Positions 9,879-20,300 of a stretch of 64,000 bases of DNA are shown piece after piece. Location: the NCBI GenBank assembly GCA_965140415.1, contig OZ223209.1, positions 768,001 through 832,000 of the forward strand, in the 5' to 3' direction. The notes beneath the pieces were generated by a model. That model worked only from the letters and a program-made list of their open reading frames with translations, did not search any database and was not told where the DNA came from. Made by a program: the position numbers and the translations under genes. Numbering within the stretch: the first letter of the stretch is position 1; the number at the start of each line of letters is the position of its first letter. Origin of the DNA: Myxococcota bacterium (GTDB taxonomy: Bacteria > Myxococcota_A > SURF-8).

Positions 9879-10912
9879 CCGCGCATCCGCTGCTACTGGG
9901 CATCGCCGTACTGGATTCATTGGCCACGTTGTTGCTGGTGGTCGCTTCCCTTACCTCATTGCGCATTCTGCTGCGCTGGCAGGCCCAATCTTCCACGCGC
10001 CTGCAACTGCGTTTGGAACGCGCCCAGCAAGCCGCGTCATTGGCCACCCGTTCCGCCTGGCTGCTCGTTTTTATAAGCAGCTTGCTGTTGGTCTACGCCA
10101 TTTCCAACGTGCTACCGGGATTGATCGAGGGGGCAATGTGCGGCACCGGCGTGTTGCAGGCCATGCAGGGACTGGGCGAGCGCGCCCTGGCGCTACGAGC
10201 ACTCGCATTACTGGCTCTATTCGGCTGGTCGCTGTGCGACCGCTGCAACCGCAGCCTGCCTGATGCCGCACTTTCGGAGCGATGTTCGCGCTTGCTGTTA
10301 TTGGCATTACCTCTTTTTATCGTGGCATTCTGGACGAGCATGCAGGCGTTGTGGGCGCTGGATGTGCATGAGCCGGTCAGTTGTTGCTCGGTGGTCTACG
10401 ATCAGTTCGATTCCGTGCAACAGGCGCAAAGCAGCGCCGCGATAGCGGATCGCTTTTGGGTGGCGGCGACATTCATCGGTGTGGCGCTACTTTTGATTCT
10501 GGCGTTACTTCAGTTAAAGGCGGGCGTTCGAAAACACGTGACAGCCATTGTGCTGGTGGCAGTCGCCGTTTGCTGGCTGCCCATAGCTTATGTCGCCCTG
10601 GTGCGGGTACTGGCCGCTTATCATTACGGCGTGTTGCAGCACCACTGCCCCTGGTGTCTGTTTCTGCCGGAGCATTACCTGCTCGGCTTTCCATTCTTGC
10701 TGGCGTTTACGCTCGTATTGGCCGAGGCGCTGGCCGCGCCGCTGTTGCTCTCTTTCGCTTCCGCCGATTCGCGCCTGGAGACCTTCGCAGGCAAAAGGCT
10801 GCGGTATGGAATGCTGCGCGTGATTGCAGGATTGCTGCTCTTTGCCGCGCTGGGTGGCTTGCCGCCGCTTGTGTGGAGGTTGATGCACGGCGTGTGGATG
10901 AGCGGGAACTGA
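9875..10912 (+). CDS. Uncharacterised multi-pass membrane protein with Cys/His motifs
   Basis: GAMCGTG, VSCCS and HHCPWC motifs; about 8-9 hydrophobic segments; ATGA overlap with the ATPase. Confidence 0.8.
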   Translation: MTAHPLLLGIAVLDSLATLLLVVASLTSLRILLRWQAQSSTRLQLRLERAQQAASLATRSAWLLVFISSLLLVYAISNVLPGLIEGAMCGTGVLQAMQGLGERALALRALALLALFGWSLCDRCNRSLPDAALSERCSRLLLLALPLFIVAFWTSMQALWALDVHEPVSCCSVVYDQFDSVQQAQSSAAIADRFWVAATFIGVALLLILALLQLKAGVRKHVTAIVLVAVAVCWLPIAYVALVRVLAAYHYGVLQHHCPWCLFLPEHYLLGFPFLLAFTLVLAEALAAPLLLSFASADSRLETFAGKRLRYGMLRVIAGLLLFAALGGLPPLVWRLMHGVWMSGN

Positions 10913-10915
10913 TCT

Positions 10916-11105
10916 CTAGGGCGGTAATTGCTCTTTTCCATTCATCGAAAAGTCACGATGTGTCCTGGCTTCACGGAATGGAAAGTCCGGGAGACCGTGT
11001 GAAACTTCAAGAAGACACACCGCCTCCCACCATCCTCCGGATGTTGTGAGACTATAGCCACACATTCTTTGAATCAGTGACCAGAAATGATTAATGGGTC
11101 TTTAG
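10916..11105. repeat. ~190-bp dispersed element with degenerate terminal inverted repeats (MITE-like), copy 1
   Basis: Co-linear with the reverse complement of 44845-45031 (shared TCACGATGTG, TCACGGAATGGA, TCCGGGA, ACACAC, CACACATTCTT, AAATGATTAA). Confidence 0.75.
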
Positions 11106-12502
11106 CGTTTGCTTCGATCTTTTGCCTGGATGCTGAACTGGTCGATCAACATGTCGGTTTCGGAATCGAAGACTTTGAATTCCGCTTCATCGGGACCGAA
11201 ATCGGCCAGAACGATGTGCAGGACCGTTTCCCCAACCACAAGGTTGTCGCCGGGCAGCGCCGTATCCGGTACGATTGCCGTGAGTAGCGCACCCGCGCCG
11301 CCTGTAACCATGTAAGGAATGTTGTCCTGATCGAAGCGTTGATAATCATGATCGTGACCGGTGAGCACCATATCCACCTGCCAGCGCTTCATGACTTCGT
11401 GGATTGCTTCTTTCGGGGATTCGTGGCGGCCATCACCCCAGGAATAGGTGGGACGGTGCCAGGCGCAGAATAAAAAGCGGATGTCACTGTCTTCGGTAAC
11501 GGTTTTACGCAGGCGCTCGTCCAGCCAGGCCAACTGCACCGAACCTTCACCCATGTCTTTTTCCGAATCGAGCACGAAGAAGCGAACGTTTCCGTAGTCA
11601 TAGGTAAAAGCACGTTTACCGGGGTGCTGGCCTTGTCCGTCGATTGTGACCACGCCCGCATCGGGAACGTTGAAAAAGGCGTCGTAGGGAATGCTTTCGC
11701 CGGTGCCCTCATGGTTTCCGGCGATGTGAACCGAGGCCATTTTGGTTAAAACGGGAGAGGATAGCAGGAAATAACTGCCCCGATATTGGGCGATCACGCC
11801 GTTGTGGACAATGTCCCCCAGGTGAAGCATCAGATCGGCGATATGGTTACGCATATGCTGGATCACATTGTAATGCATGTTCGGCAAGCCCTGATTGTCG
11901 CCTACGATCATCATGGAAAAGCGCTCGCCGGGTAGCGGGGCGCTGACGAAAGAACCGCCTTCGAAGTTTTCATATACAACCGGAACCGACCAGGTATTTT
12001 CCACCATTGTGGCGGGAATCTGCGCATTCGGGATGGTGTAATTGTAGCGTGCCTGCGAATCCAAGCCTTGCAAGGTCACACGGTAAAGCCAGCCGTCGTG
12101 TTCTTCGTCGATCTCATCGGATTCGATCTCGATGCGCTGCGGTTGGGGTGCGCAATCCACGGTGTCCAGGTTGCCGTCTTTTCCCCACAGGATGAAAGAG
12201 GGCGCATCGTCCAGGGCTTCCCACTGGATCGTGATTTCGCTGGTGGTCGGATTGATGGGATAGGGAGCGATGGTGTACTGGCGCGCTTCGACCGCCCACG
12301 GATCGAACTCTTCGTTACAGTTGTGGTAGGTAAGGCCAACGCCTTCCGAGCTTTCCAGTTCGCCGGGACTGTCGCCGTCGAGTTCTTCTTCGGTAGCGTC
12401 CAGATCGCCATCGATGATCGTTTCGTCTTGCGAATCGGAGCAACTCCAGCACAGCAGGATTGCAACCATCACGAGTATGGTTCGCCTAACAACAACACGC
12501 AT
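11102..12502 (-). CDS. Metallophosphoesterase (purple acid phosphatase-like) lipoprotein
   Basis: GDNQG, LGDIV, GNHE, WHRP, GHDH motifs; FN3-like region; Cys-containing signal peptide. Confidence 0.9.
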   Translation of the reverse strand: MRVVVRRTILVMVAILLCWSCSDSQDETIIDGDLDATEEELDGDSPGELESSEGVGLTYHNCNEEFDPWAVEARQYTIAPYPINPTTSEITIQWEALDDAPSFILWGKDGNLDTVDCAPQPQRIEIESDEIDEEHDGWLYRVTLQGLDSQARYNYTIPNAQIPATMVENTWSVPVVYENFEGGSFVSAPLPGERFSMMIVGDNQGLPNMHYNVIQHMRNHIADLMLHLGDIVHNGVIAQYRGSYFLLSSPVLTKMASVHIAGNHEGTGESIPYDAFFNVPDAGVVTIDGQGQHPGKRAFTYDYGNVRFFVLDSEKDMGEGSVQLAWLDERLRKTVTEDSDIRFLFCAWHRPTYSWGDGRHESPKEAIHEVMKRWQVDMVLTGHDHDYQRFDQDNIPYMVTGGAGALLTAIVPDTALPGDNLVVGETVLHIVLADFGPDEAEFKVFDSETDMLIDQFSIQAKDRSKR

Positions 12503-12627
12503 TCTTTATCTCCATAAAAAATAGAAAAAACGACCTTGAAAGGTCTATCGTACAACTGTCGCTCAGTGGATTGGGTTCGTCAATAAAATCAGTCAGCTTG
12601 ATTGAGAAAAAGTTGTTTTCCGCTGGC

Positions 12628-12762
12628 CTATTTGGGAGAGGAATCTCTTTTGAAAATCCGTTCCAGGGAGCGTCCCAGGGCGTCGCCCGTGCGCCCGGCG
12701 TAAGGGAATACCAGAATGGCGGCGGTCACGATCAGGCATAAAATCAATTCGGGGGTCGTCAT
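12628..12762 (-). CDS. 44-aa small membrane protein, TatA/E-like architecture
   Basis: Below the ORF-track cutoff. MTTPELILCLIVTAAILVFPYAGRTGDALGRSLERIFKRDSSPK; ATG overlaps the upstream TGA (ATGA). Confidence 0.6.
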   Translation of the reverse strand: MTTPELILCLIVTAAILVFPYAGRTGDALGRSLERIFKRDSSPK

Positions 12763-13322
12763 GGCTTGGCCTTACCTGGATTGGAGGATCGGTTTCCGGA
12801 AAGCTTGAAGACTTCGGCCTTGATCAGATCGAACTTGGCGCGCATCTCCTTGAAATTCAGATGCCGCCCGATCAACAAGGTCAGTTCTCCATCGAATTGC
12901 TCGCGAACCTGTTTCAGCAGGATCGCCAGCTTTTCCAGCAGGTAGTCGTCGGATAAATGTGAGCCGGGGATGTTCATGACCAGCGAACTGGCGTTTAGTT
13001 TGGCAATCGTGGCGAATAAGCGTTCCACCACACGTACATAGGCCATGTTGTCGAATTCGCGATTAGGCCCCAACCCCCAGATAAGCACCCGCCCGGCGTC
13101 GATGCGATGATCGGGTGTGGTCAGAATCTTTTCGCCGTTTTTACCGGTGATTTCGCCGCTTGTGAGCATCTGCGATAATCGCCCGTTGGCGCGCCAGTCC
13201 ACCAGCCCATTCAAGCCGCGCAGCGGACGTTCGTCCTCGAACAGCGACAGCACCAGCAGATCGCGGTCCAGTCGATCCAGTTCGTCTAGGCTTTCCGGGA
13301 GCAGGCTGATTGCGCTTGGCAT
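12759..13322 (-). CDS. Stand-alone M17 peptidase N-terminal-like domain protein
   Basis: FEDERPLRGLNGLVDWR..GRLS..G.ITG..GE.IL....R....RVL..GLG; no catalytic domain. Confidence 0.7.
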   Translation of the reverse strand: MPSAISLLPESLDELDRLDRDLLVLSLFEDERPLRGLNGLVDWRANGRLSQMLTSGEITGKNGEKILTTPDHRIDAGRVLIWGLGPNREFDNMAYVRVVERLFATIAKLNASSLVMNIPGSHLSDDYLLEKLAILLKQVREQFDGELTLLIGRHLNFKEMRAKFDLIKAEVFKLSGNRSSNPGKAKP

Positions 13323-13326
13323 GCAA

Positions 13327-13758
13327 CTACTCTTTTACGATGCTCTGGGAGATTTTATCGAGTACGCCGTTGATGAAGGAGCCGGAGTCTTCCGACCCGA
13401 ATTTCTTGCCGAGTTCGATGGCTTCGTTGATGGAAACGCGCTTGGGAATGTCTTCGCAATGTTTAAGCTCGTAAACGGCCAGGCGCAGGATGTTTCGATC
13501 CACCAGTGCCATGCGGTTCAGCTTCCAGTTCTTGCTGCTGGTCTGGATTTCGTTGTCGATGCTTTCGCGGTTTTGAAGCACACCGCGCACCAACATATTG
13601 GTGAATTCCTGAACTTCTTCGCGACGCAAGTTGGCCTCGCTTGGAGGTTCGAAATTATCCCAGTATAGGCGCAGCGCCTGCTCGCACTCTACGGGATTGA
13701 CTTCGCACTCATACAACGTTTGGAGTGCACAAATCCTGGAGGTTCTTCTGCTTCCCAT
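13327..13758 (-). CDS. nusB: Transcription antitermination factor NusB
   Basis: RR.SR..ALQ.LY, WKLNRM..VDRNILRLA.YE, VSINEAIELGKKFG..SGSFINGVLD. Confidence 0.96.
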   Translation of the reverse strand: MGSRRTSRICALQTLYECEVNPVECEQALRLYWDNFEPPSEANLRREEVQEFTNMLVRGVLQNRESIDNEIQTSSKNWKLNRMALVDRNILRLAVYELKHCEDIPKRVSINEAIELGKKFGSEDSGSFINGVLDKISQSIVKE

Positions 13759-13809
13759 CGGTTTCCATTATGTTTTCAAACAGCCGAGTTTAGTAGCGTT
13801 GGCTATGGC

Positions 13810-14274
13810 CTATAACTGTTTGTAAAGGTTACACATTTCGATAACGGCCATGGCCGTGTCAAAACCCTTGTTCCCCGCTTTGGCGCCCGCCCGGTCGATC
13901 GCCTGATCCACCGTGTCGGTAGTCAGTACGCCGAAGCCGATGGGAATATCGGCTTCCAATGTCAACGCGGCAACGCCTTTGCTGACTTCGGAGGCGACGT
14001 AGTCGAAGTGCGGGGTACCGCCGCGAATGACTGCGCCCAGGCAGATGACGGCATCGAAATTATTCGTTGCGACTACGCGTTTCAGCACGGCGGGAATCTC
14101 GAAAGCGCCGGGAGCGCGAACGATGGTGAGCTGGTCGTCACCGGCTCCATGCCGCATCAGGGCATCTTTGGCTCCATCGAGCAGCTTTTCGGTTACGAAG
14201 CTATTGAAACGTCCTACGATAATGGCGATTTTCAATCCATCCGCCTTGAGTTCGCCTTCGATCACGCGCGCCAT
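13810..14274 (-). CDS. ribH: 6,7-dimethyl-8-ribityllumazine synthase
   Basis: RFNSFVTEKLLDGA, PGAFEIP, IRGGTPHFDYV, FGVLTTDT, GNKG; start at ATG 14274 with AGGAG RBS. Confidence 0.97.
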   Translation of the reverse strand: MARVIEGELKADGLKIAIIVGRFNSFVTEKLLDGAKDALMRHGAGDDQLTIVRAPGAFEIPAVLKRVVATNNFDAVICLGAVIRGGTPHFDYVASEVSKGVAALTLEADIPIGFGVLTTDTVDQAIDRAGAKAGNKGFDTAMAVIEMCNLYKQL

Positions 14275-14409
14275 GTTCACTCCTTGTAGCAGGCAATCCG
14301 TTACATTGCCTCGTACATAGCACTCTTTACTCGGCAAGGCAACACTCTTTTTCATGAGTCAGGGGAATTCAAGGCTGTCATATTCGGGGTTTTATACTAA
14401 ACCGACTTC

Positions 14410-15330
14410 TTACTTTTTAACCGGTTTGGGTTTCACAGGAGGCGTTTTCGGTTTTTTGATGGCTCGGGTGTAGTCCACGCGCGTTCCACCCAATTCTGCC
14501 GGAGAATGATACCCCAGCTGATTGAAGGCCTTCTGAATGGCTGGGCTTTGCAGGAAAACCAGTAGATGTTTCGCGGCCTTGGCGTGTGGACTATCGGCGG
14601 GAATCACGACCGTCAAGGGCAGGTGATTGGTTCTTCGCTGTTGAATTTTCAAGCGAATGCTTAAACCGCTGGTTCGGTAGACGTCGCTACCCAGTACAAA
14701 GGCGGCACCGGCCTTTTTTTCGAACAAGGCTTTCAATGCATCTGCGGATGATGCGGTTCGAATGCCCTTGTTTTCTAACCGCTTATCCAGTTTCCATTTT
14801 GATAACAAGGAGTTAACCAGTTCGCCGGAAGGCGTGTCCGGGCGGGCGAAAGCCGGACCAAGTAGCGCCGGCTGCAATAGATGCAGCGGATGGGTGATCG
14901 TCAGTGGGTCATCTTTGCGTGTAACCAATAGAATCTGATCGTAGGCGATTTCAACAGGAGCCTGTTGCAGGGTAATACTCTCCAGAATATCGTCGAGTTC
15001 CTTATGCCCTAATATCACCGCGACATCGAGTGGAGGATCGCCTAAAAAAAGCTGTCGTCGATGAAAACGGTCGGTGGCCATCAGCGTGATCGAAGGTGCA
15101 TCGGGGCGCTCGCGGTAGGAGGTCAACAGGATTTTAAAGAGATCTTCCAATTCGTGATCGACTACAAGCTGCAACGGCTCATCGAAAACTTCCGTTTCCC
15201 GATCGCCGCGACAATCCTGGCAACCGCCTAAAAACAACAGATGGAGCGTCCCAAGAGCCAACAGGAAAATACTTGCCGGTGACAAGCTGGAAAACGAATG
15301 GTTTGTATGACCTATCTGGCGAGCTGGCAT
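14410..15330 (-). CDS. ModA-like substrate-binding lipoprotein (divergent)
   Basis: Lipobox LGGC; P..PSG, AAFV..SDV, FLQSPAIQKAFNQLGY resemble the ModA C-terminus. Confidence 0.6.
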   Translation of the reverse strand: MPARQIGHTNHSFSSLSPASIFLLALGTLHLLFLGGCQDCRGDRETEVFDEPLQLVVDHELEDLFKILLTSYRERPDAPSITLMATDRFHRRQLFLGDPPLDVAVILGHKELDDILESITLQQAPVEIAYDQILLVTRKDDPLTITHPLHLLQPALLGPAFARPDTPSGELVNSLLSKWKLDKRLENKGIRTASSADALKALFEKKAGAAFVLGSDVYRTSGLSIRLKIQQRRTNHLPLTVVIPADSPHAKAAKHLLVFLQSPAIQKAFNQLGYHSPAELGGTRVDYTRAIKKPKTPPVKPKPVKK

Positions 15331-15717
15331 TCGGACCTTCTATGATGTCTAAAAGTCGTAATCTTTCCAAACACTTTACAGAAAATCGGGGAAAAGGGCA
15401 AGCGATGTCGATTGTGTGCAGCCTGCAAAAATGCAAGTGTGTGTTTACGTGCAGCGAGTAGTTTCTTGGGGTGCTTCTACTGGTTGGATACCGGTTGTTT
15501 TGTGTGCATTTGCGGAAGGAGAAATCTGCGTGCTGGTGTTTGCTGCATTTTGCGATTGAACGAACGCTTGTGTGAAAGGTTGCCGCCGTTTTCAGAATGA
15601 CGTACAATCTCTCCGGCAAATAAACAGATTTCAACAGGAAAGGGAAACGCGACGGGCAAGAAACAGAAAAAACGTAGAGAAGCGGCCAAAGCGGCGGCAG
15701 AGCAATCATCCGAATCC

Positions 15718-17391
15718 GTGCAGAACGAAATCGGTTCGAAAGCCGTATTGGAAACGTTGACCGAGCGGGCTGGACTGTTAAAGCGTCGGACTTTAATTGC
15801 CGATTTCGCCGTACTGCTTCCGCCGTTGTTACTCTTTCTGTTATTCAAAGCGTATACGCAAACTCCGGCCTCGGCGGACGAAAATATCTATGTCTATATC
15901 GGGCAAGCCGTCTGGCGGGGCGTCGTTCCCTATCGTGATGCCTTTTTGGCGCATCCGCCTTTTCATCTGTTGATCGCCGTTCTATGGATGTTGCCCGGTT
16001 ATCTGGGAGCGGCCTGGATCAAGCTGGCGGCTATCGTTCCGGCGGCAGTGAGTATGCTATTGGTTCAGACTCTATTACTGAAAAGCGGCGTTCGACATTG
16101 GATCGTGTTGCTGATCGGTTTGCTGTTGGCGGGTTCGCTGGATTTCCTTTCGGTGTCCAGCCATTTCACCGGCGCGAACTGGTCGATGCTGCTTCTGGTT
16201 CTGGGCTTATGCGCATTGATAAACAACTATCGCCGCACGGCGTCTGTTCTGCTCGCTTCGGCGATGCTGGTTTCCTTTCACATCATTCCGGCCATTGCCG
16301 GAGTCGTCGCAGCGGATCTGTTGATTCGGCGACGAGAAGCATTGAAGCTGATGTTGATGGTGGCAGGCTTTTTCATCGGCGTTCACTTTCTTTGCCTGCT
16401 TGTTTTCGGAGATCCTTATTACCAGCAGGTTTTCCAATACCATTTGATGAAAACCGCCATGAACAAAGGCGGGGCTTCTTCCATCGTTCGCTTTTTCCAT
16501 TCCGAGGCGCTGCTGGCTAGCCTGGCTGCACTGGGATTGGGTTTTTACCTGCTCCGGGTTTTCCGAGGTTACAGGCAAGAGCAGAGGCTGGTTTTGCCAT
16601 CGTCACTGTTTGCCTATGCCGCCATGGCGGCAGTGTTGCAACTGGTTGGTGTGCTGATCACCCAGCGCGTGTATACCTACTACCTGTCGCCGTTGTTGCC
16701 GCTATTCGCCATCTTGTCGGCCTGGCTGTTCGTGAAAGGCTATGCCGTCGTTTCAGATGCTGTCAAGATGCGTGGCGAATCGAAACCGATCAAGCGGCAT
16801 TTGTTTGGGGTGGGAATTAGCTTGCTGCTGCTGGCAGTCGGATTGATTGGAGGCGAAAAGCTGGAGAGCCGCATGGGCTACTATCAGCGGGAGTACGGTA
16901 CGCTGCATCGCTACGACTGGCAGGATAGTAGGGCTTTGCCGGATGTCGTCAACCGGATGGTCAAAGCGCTGGTCTACGTTCCCGAGCGGCGCATCGGCGA
17001 TGTGTACAACCCTTTCACGCGCTATCTCTGGCATGAGGTGGTTACCGAAAACCCGGCACCCTTATTACCGGCACTGATGAAAAAGGCTGAAATTCCCGGA
17101 ACGCTGTTCGGCGATGCCTCCACCGTTCCTTACTTTGCGCTGGAAAGTGGACGCGCAATCGCATTGGAGCAGGCCGATACCAACGCCCAGATCTTCAAAT
17201 CGGGAATCATTCCCATGTCGGACATGCTGGAAAGGCTGGAACAGGAACCCCCGGCTTTTCTGATACTGGCCAGGCGGCGCGGTATTGCCAGCCATCCGCA
17301 ATTCAGGGATTACGTAAAACAGCATTACCGACAATCCGGTCAGGTGAGCTTGCAAAAAGGCAAGCGCTTACAGCTTTGGGAGAGAAGGTAG
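15718..17391 (+). CDS. Polytopic membrane glycosyltransferase (GT-C fold, ArnT/PMT-like)
   Basis: ADENIYVYIGQAVWRGVVPYRDAFLAHPP loop motif; many TMs plus a C-terminal soluble domain. Confidence 0.7.
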   Translation: MQNEIGSKAVLETLTERAGLLKRRTLIADFAVLLPPLLLFLLFKAYTQTPASADENIYVYIGQAVWRGVVPYRDAFLAHPPFHLLIAVLWMLPGYLGAAWIKLAAIVPAAVSMLLVQTLLLKSGVRHWIVLLIGLLLAGSLDFLSVSSHFTGANWSMLLLVLGLCALINNYRRTASVLLASAMLVSFHIIPAIAGVVAADLLIRRREALKLMLMVAGFFIGVHFLCLLVFGDPYYQQVFQYHLMKTAMNKGGASSIVRFFHSEALLASLAALGLGFYLLRVFRGYRQEQRLVLPSSLFAYAAMAAVLQLVGVLITQRVYTYYLSPLLPLFAILSAWLFVKGYAVVSDAVKMRGESKPIKRHLFGVGISLLLLAVGLIGGEKLESRMGYYQREYGTLHRYDWQDSRALPDVVNRMVKALVYVPERRIGDVYNPFTRYLWHEVVTENPAPLLPALMKKAEIPGTLFGDASTVPYFALESGRAIALEQADTNAQIFKSGIIPMSDMLERLEQEPPAFLILARRRGIASHPQFRDYVKQHYRQSGQVSLQKGKRLQLWERR

Positions 17392-17395
17392 GGAG

Positions 17396-20300
17396 CTACT
17401 CGTTCTTTTCGGTCATCACTTTTTGTACCCTCTTCGCAAGCACATTGGGAGAATAAGGTTTGGGGATGAAGTTGATTCCTTCTTCCAGAATACCATGCTG
17501 TGCAATGACATCTTCTGTGTAGCCCGAGGTGAACAGTACTTTCATCTCCGGATAGATTTCCGACAGTTTTTCGGCCAGTTGCCGTCCATTCATGTTCGGC
17601 ATGACGATGTCGGTCAACAGCAAATCGATACTCGGTTTTTCGCGCTCGACGAGTTGCAGGGCGTCCTGGCCCGATTCCGCATGGTAAACCTGGAATCCCT
17701 GCTTTTTCAGAATACGAATCGCGATTTTCTTAACCATCGGTTCGTCTTCTACAATCAATACGTTGCCTTTGGCAGGTGGTAGCTCCAGTTCGACTTCCCG
17801 AACCGTTTCCACAACCTGAGCTTCTTCTTCGGCGTCCGGCAGGTAGATGCAGAATTTGGTACCGACTTCCAACTCGCTTTCAACTTCAATCGTTCCCTTG
17901 TGTTGGCTGACAATACCGAAAACGGTAGCCAAACCCAGCCCGGTACCTTCGTCGTCTCCCTTGGTCGTGAAGAAGGGCTCGAAAATCCGGTTGGTCGTTT
18001 CCTCATCCATACCGTGGCCGCTGTCTTGCACCGAAATAAAGACATATTTGCCACCATCGAGATTGAATGCCTTTTCGGCATATTCCTGCTCCAACACGGT
18101 GTTTCCGGTTTCGATGCTCAAGCGTCCGCCGTTGGGCATGGCGTCACGTGCGTTGACTAGCAGATTGACGATAACCTGTTCGATCTGGCCGGGGTCCACA
18201 CGAATTGTGGAAGTGTCAGGGCTAAGGTTCCACTCGATGTGGATGTCTTCACCGATCAACCGACTCAATAACTTTCTTAAATCGCCAAGCAGTTTATTTG
18301 GAGAGACGACCTTGGGTTCGATAATCTGCTTGCGGCTGAAAGCCAATAGCTGTCTTGTCAATGAGGCGGCCCGCTCACTGGCCTCGCCCACTTCGTTCAA
18401 GGTTTCATAAAGCGGATGATTTTCCTGCAATTCCATCAGCGCCAAAGAGACGTTTCCGGTAATGCCGGTCAACAGGTTGTTGAAGTCGTGCGCGACTCCG
18501 CCGGCCAGTCGCCCGACGGATTCCATGCGTTGCACTTGATTCAGTCTGCGCTCCAACTCCTGCTTTCGCTCTTCCTCCAGTTTGCGCTCGGTGGTGTCTT
18601 CGGTGAATCCTAAAAAGCGCGTATCGGACAACCGGATCGCTTCGATCGTCCAGTAGCGGTACTCACCCGATTTGTGAATGAACTTGTTCTCACCGCTGGC
18701 TCTTCCACTTTGAACGACCTGCATAAAGTGTTCACCGGCTGCCGCTTTGGTTTCTTCCGGCACCATATCCGGGATGCTCATCGAGCAGAGCTCTTCTTGG
18801 GAATAACCGGTCATATCGCAAGCCGCCGGATTGACTTCCAGGTACTCGCCGCGTTCGTTTGTAATAAAAACTCCATAGGGAGCGTGATCGATGTAGCTGC
18901 GCGCCCGCATCTCGCTTTCGATCAGCGACTGCTCCACCTTTTTCAATTCGGTAATGTCCTGATTGACCACGATTGCCGCCATCAATTCGCCGTTTTCGTC
19001 TAAAACCGGTGCGGTGGAATTCAAGATCGTTCGGGTCACGCCGTCGAATGCGTCGATTTCCAACAGCTCATCGGTTATGGTCACGCCATCGTTGACCGTG
19101 TGCGCCAAAGCCCAGTCTTCTGGAGCGATTTCCTCGCGCGAAGGTAGGCGACGAGCCTTGAACACATTGTAGTCGTGTTGTGAAACCAAGGGGGAGCCGC
19201 CCCATATTTTAATTCCTGTCGGGTTGCCTCGCACAAGTTTTCCAGATTTATCCGCGATCCAAAGTCCGACCGGTAGAATATCGAAGACTTTACGGAACAT
19301 GTTTTCACTTCGTTTTAAAGCGTCTTCTGTACGCTTGCGCTCCGTGATGTCCAGCATTACGCCGATCAACCCGGCGATCGAGCCGGTCGAGTCTTCAAAC
19401 GTCGATTTGAAAAATGCCACATCGCGAATGGTTCCACCTTTAGCAGGCATCTGGAATTCATAATATTGTTTGCCCGGATTTTCGAACAACTCCTGGTCTT
19501 TGTCGAAATAGGTGCTGCTGTAGCGTTCCGGCCACATTTGTTGAACCGTTTTGCCGATAAGGTCGTTTCGATCGATTTCAAACAGTTCTTCGAATGCCTT
19601 ATTGCAACCCAGGTAACGGCCCTGCGTGTCTTTGTAGAACACCGGATTCGGAATGCTTTCCAGCAAGGTTTCCTGGAAGCGGGCTTGTTCCAGGATTTTG
19701 TTTTCCATTTTGCGGCGTTCGGAGATGTCCCTGAAAATTCCGAAGTGAATAGTTCCTTCTCCAACAGGAACCATGCCGCCGGAACTGATTTCGACGGGGA
19801 TCCGATGCCCGTCTTTATGAATTACCTCCCGTTCCGCAAATATCGTACCTGAAGATTGCAACGCACGCTTAAAGCCTTCCTCGTACACGTCCGGACTTTC
19901 CTGCGGATGCAATTCGGTTTGGTGCATTCCCAGTATTTCGTCCCGGGTTCTGCCAATCATCCGTTCCGCCTGCGGATTGCAATCCACCACTCTTCCGGTT
20001 TCCGGATTGGCTACAAAGATGGCGTCCTGGGCTGTCTCGAAAAGACGCCGGTAGCGTTCCTCACTCTCCTGCAATGCCGCCTGCGCCAAATGCTGTTCGC
20101 TGGTGTCGTCGTAAATGGCAACGATCTGGCCGTTGGGAAGTTTATAGACCCAGTTTTCAACCCATTGTTGGACTCGGTTGTCCTGATATTTACGGATGGA
20201 TAGGTGTCCCTTTTCTCCGGTGCGGTTCACCTGCCGGAAAACATCGAGTAAACCAAGTTCCTCGACATTCGGGAAACATTCCGTAATGGGTTTTCCGATC

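Noticed and set aside
10381-11049. 222-aa plus-strand ORF running into the ~190-bp element
   Set aside because: Alternative frame of a real gene; the second copy of the element has stops in the equivalent frame.
15410-15560. Repeated TGCA-TTT(T)GC-like motifs in a divergent intergenic region
   Set aside because: Too short and degenerate to call binding sites without statistics.
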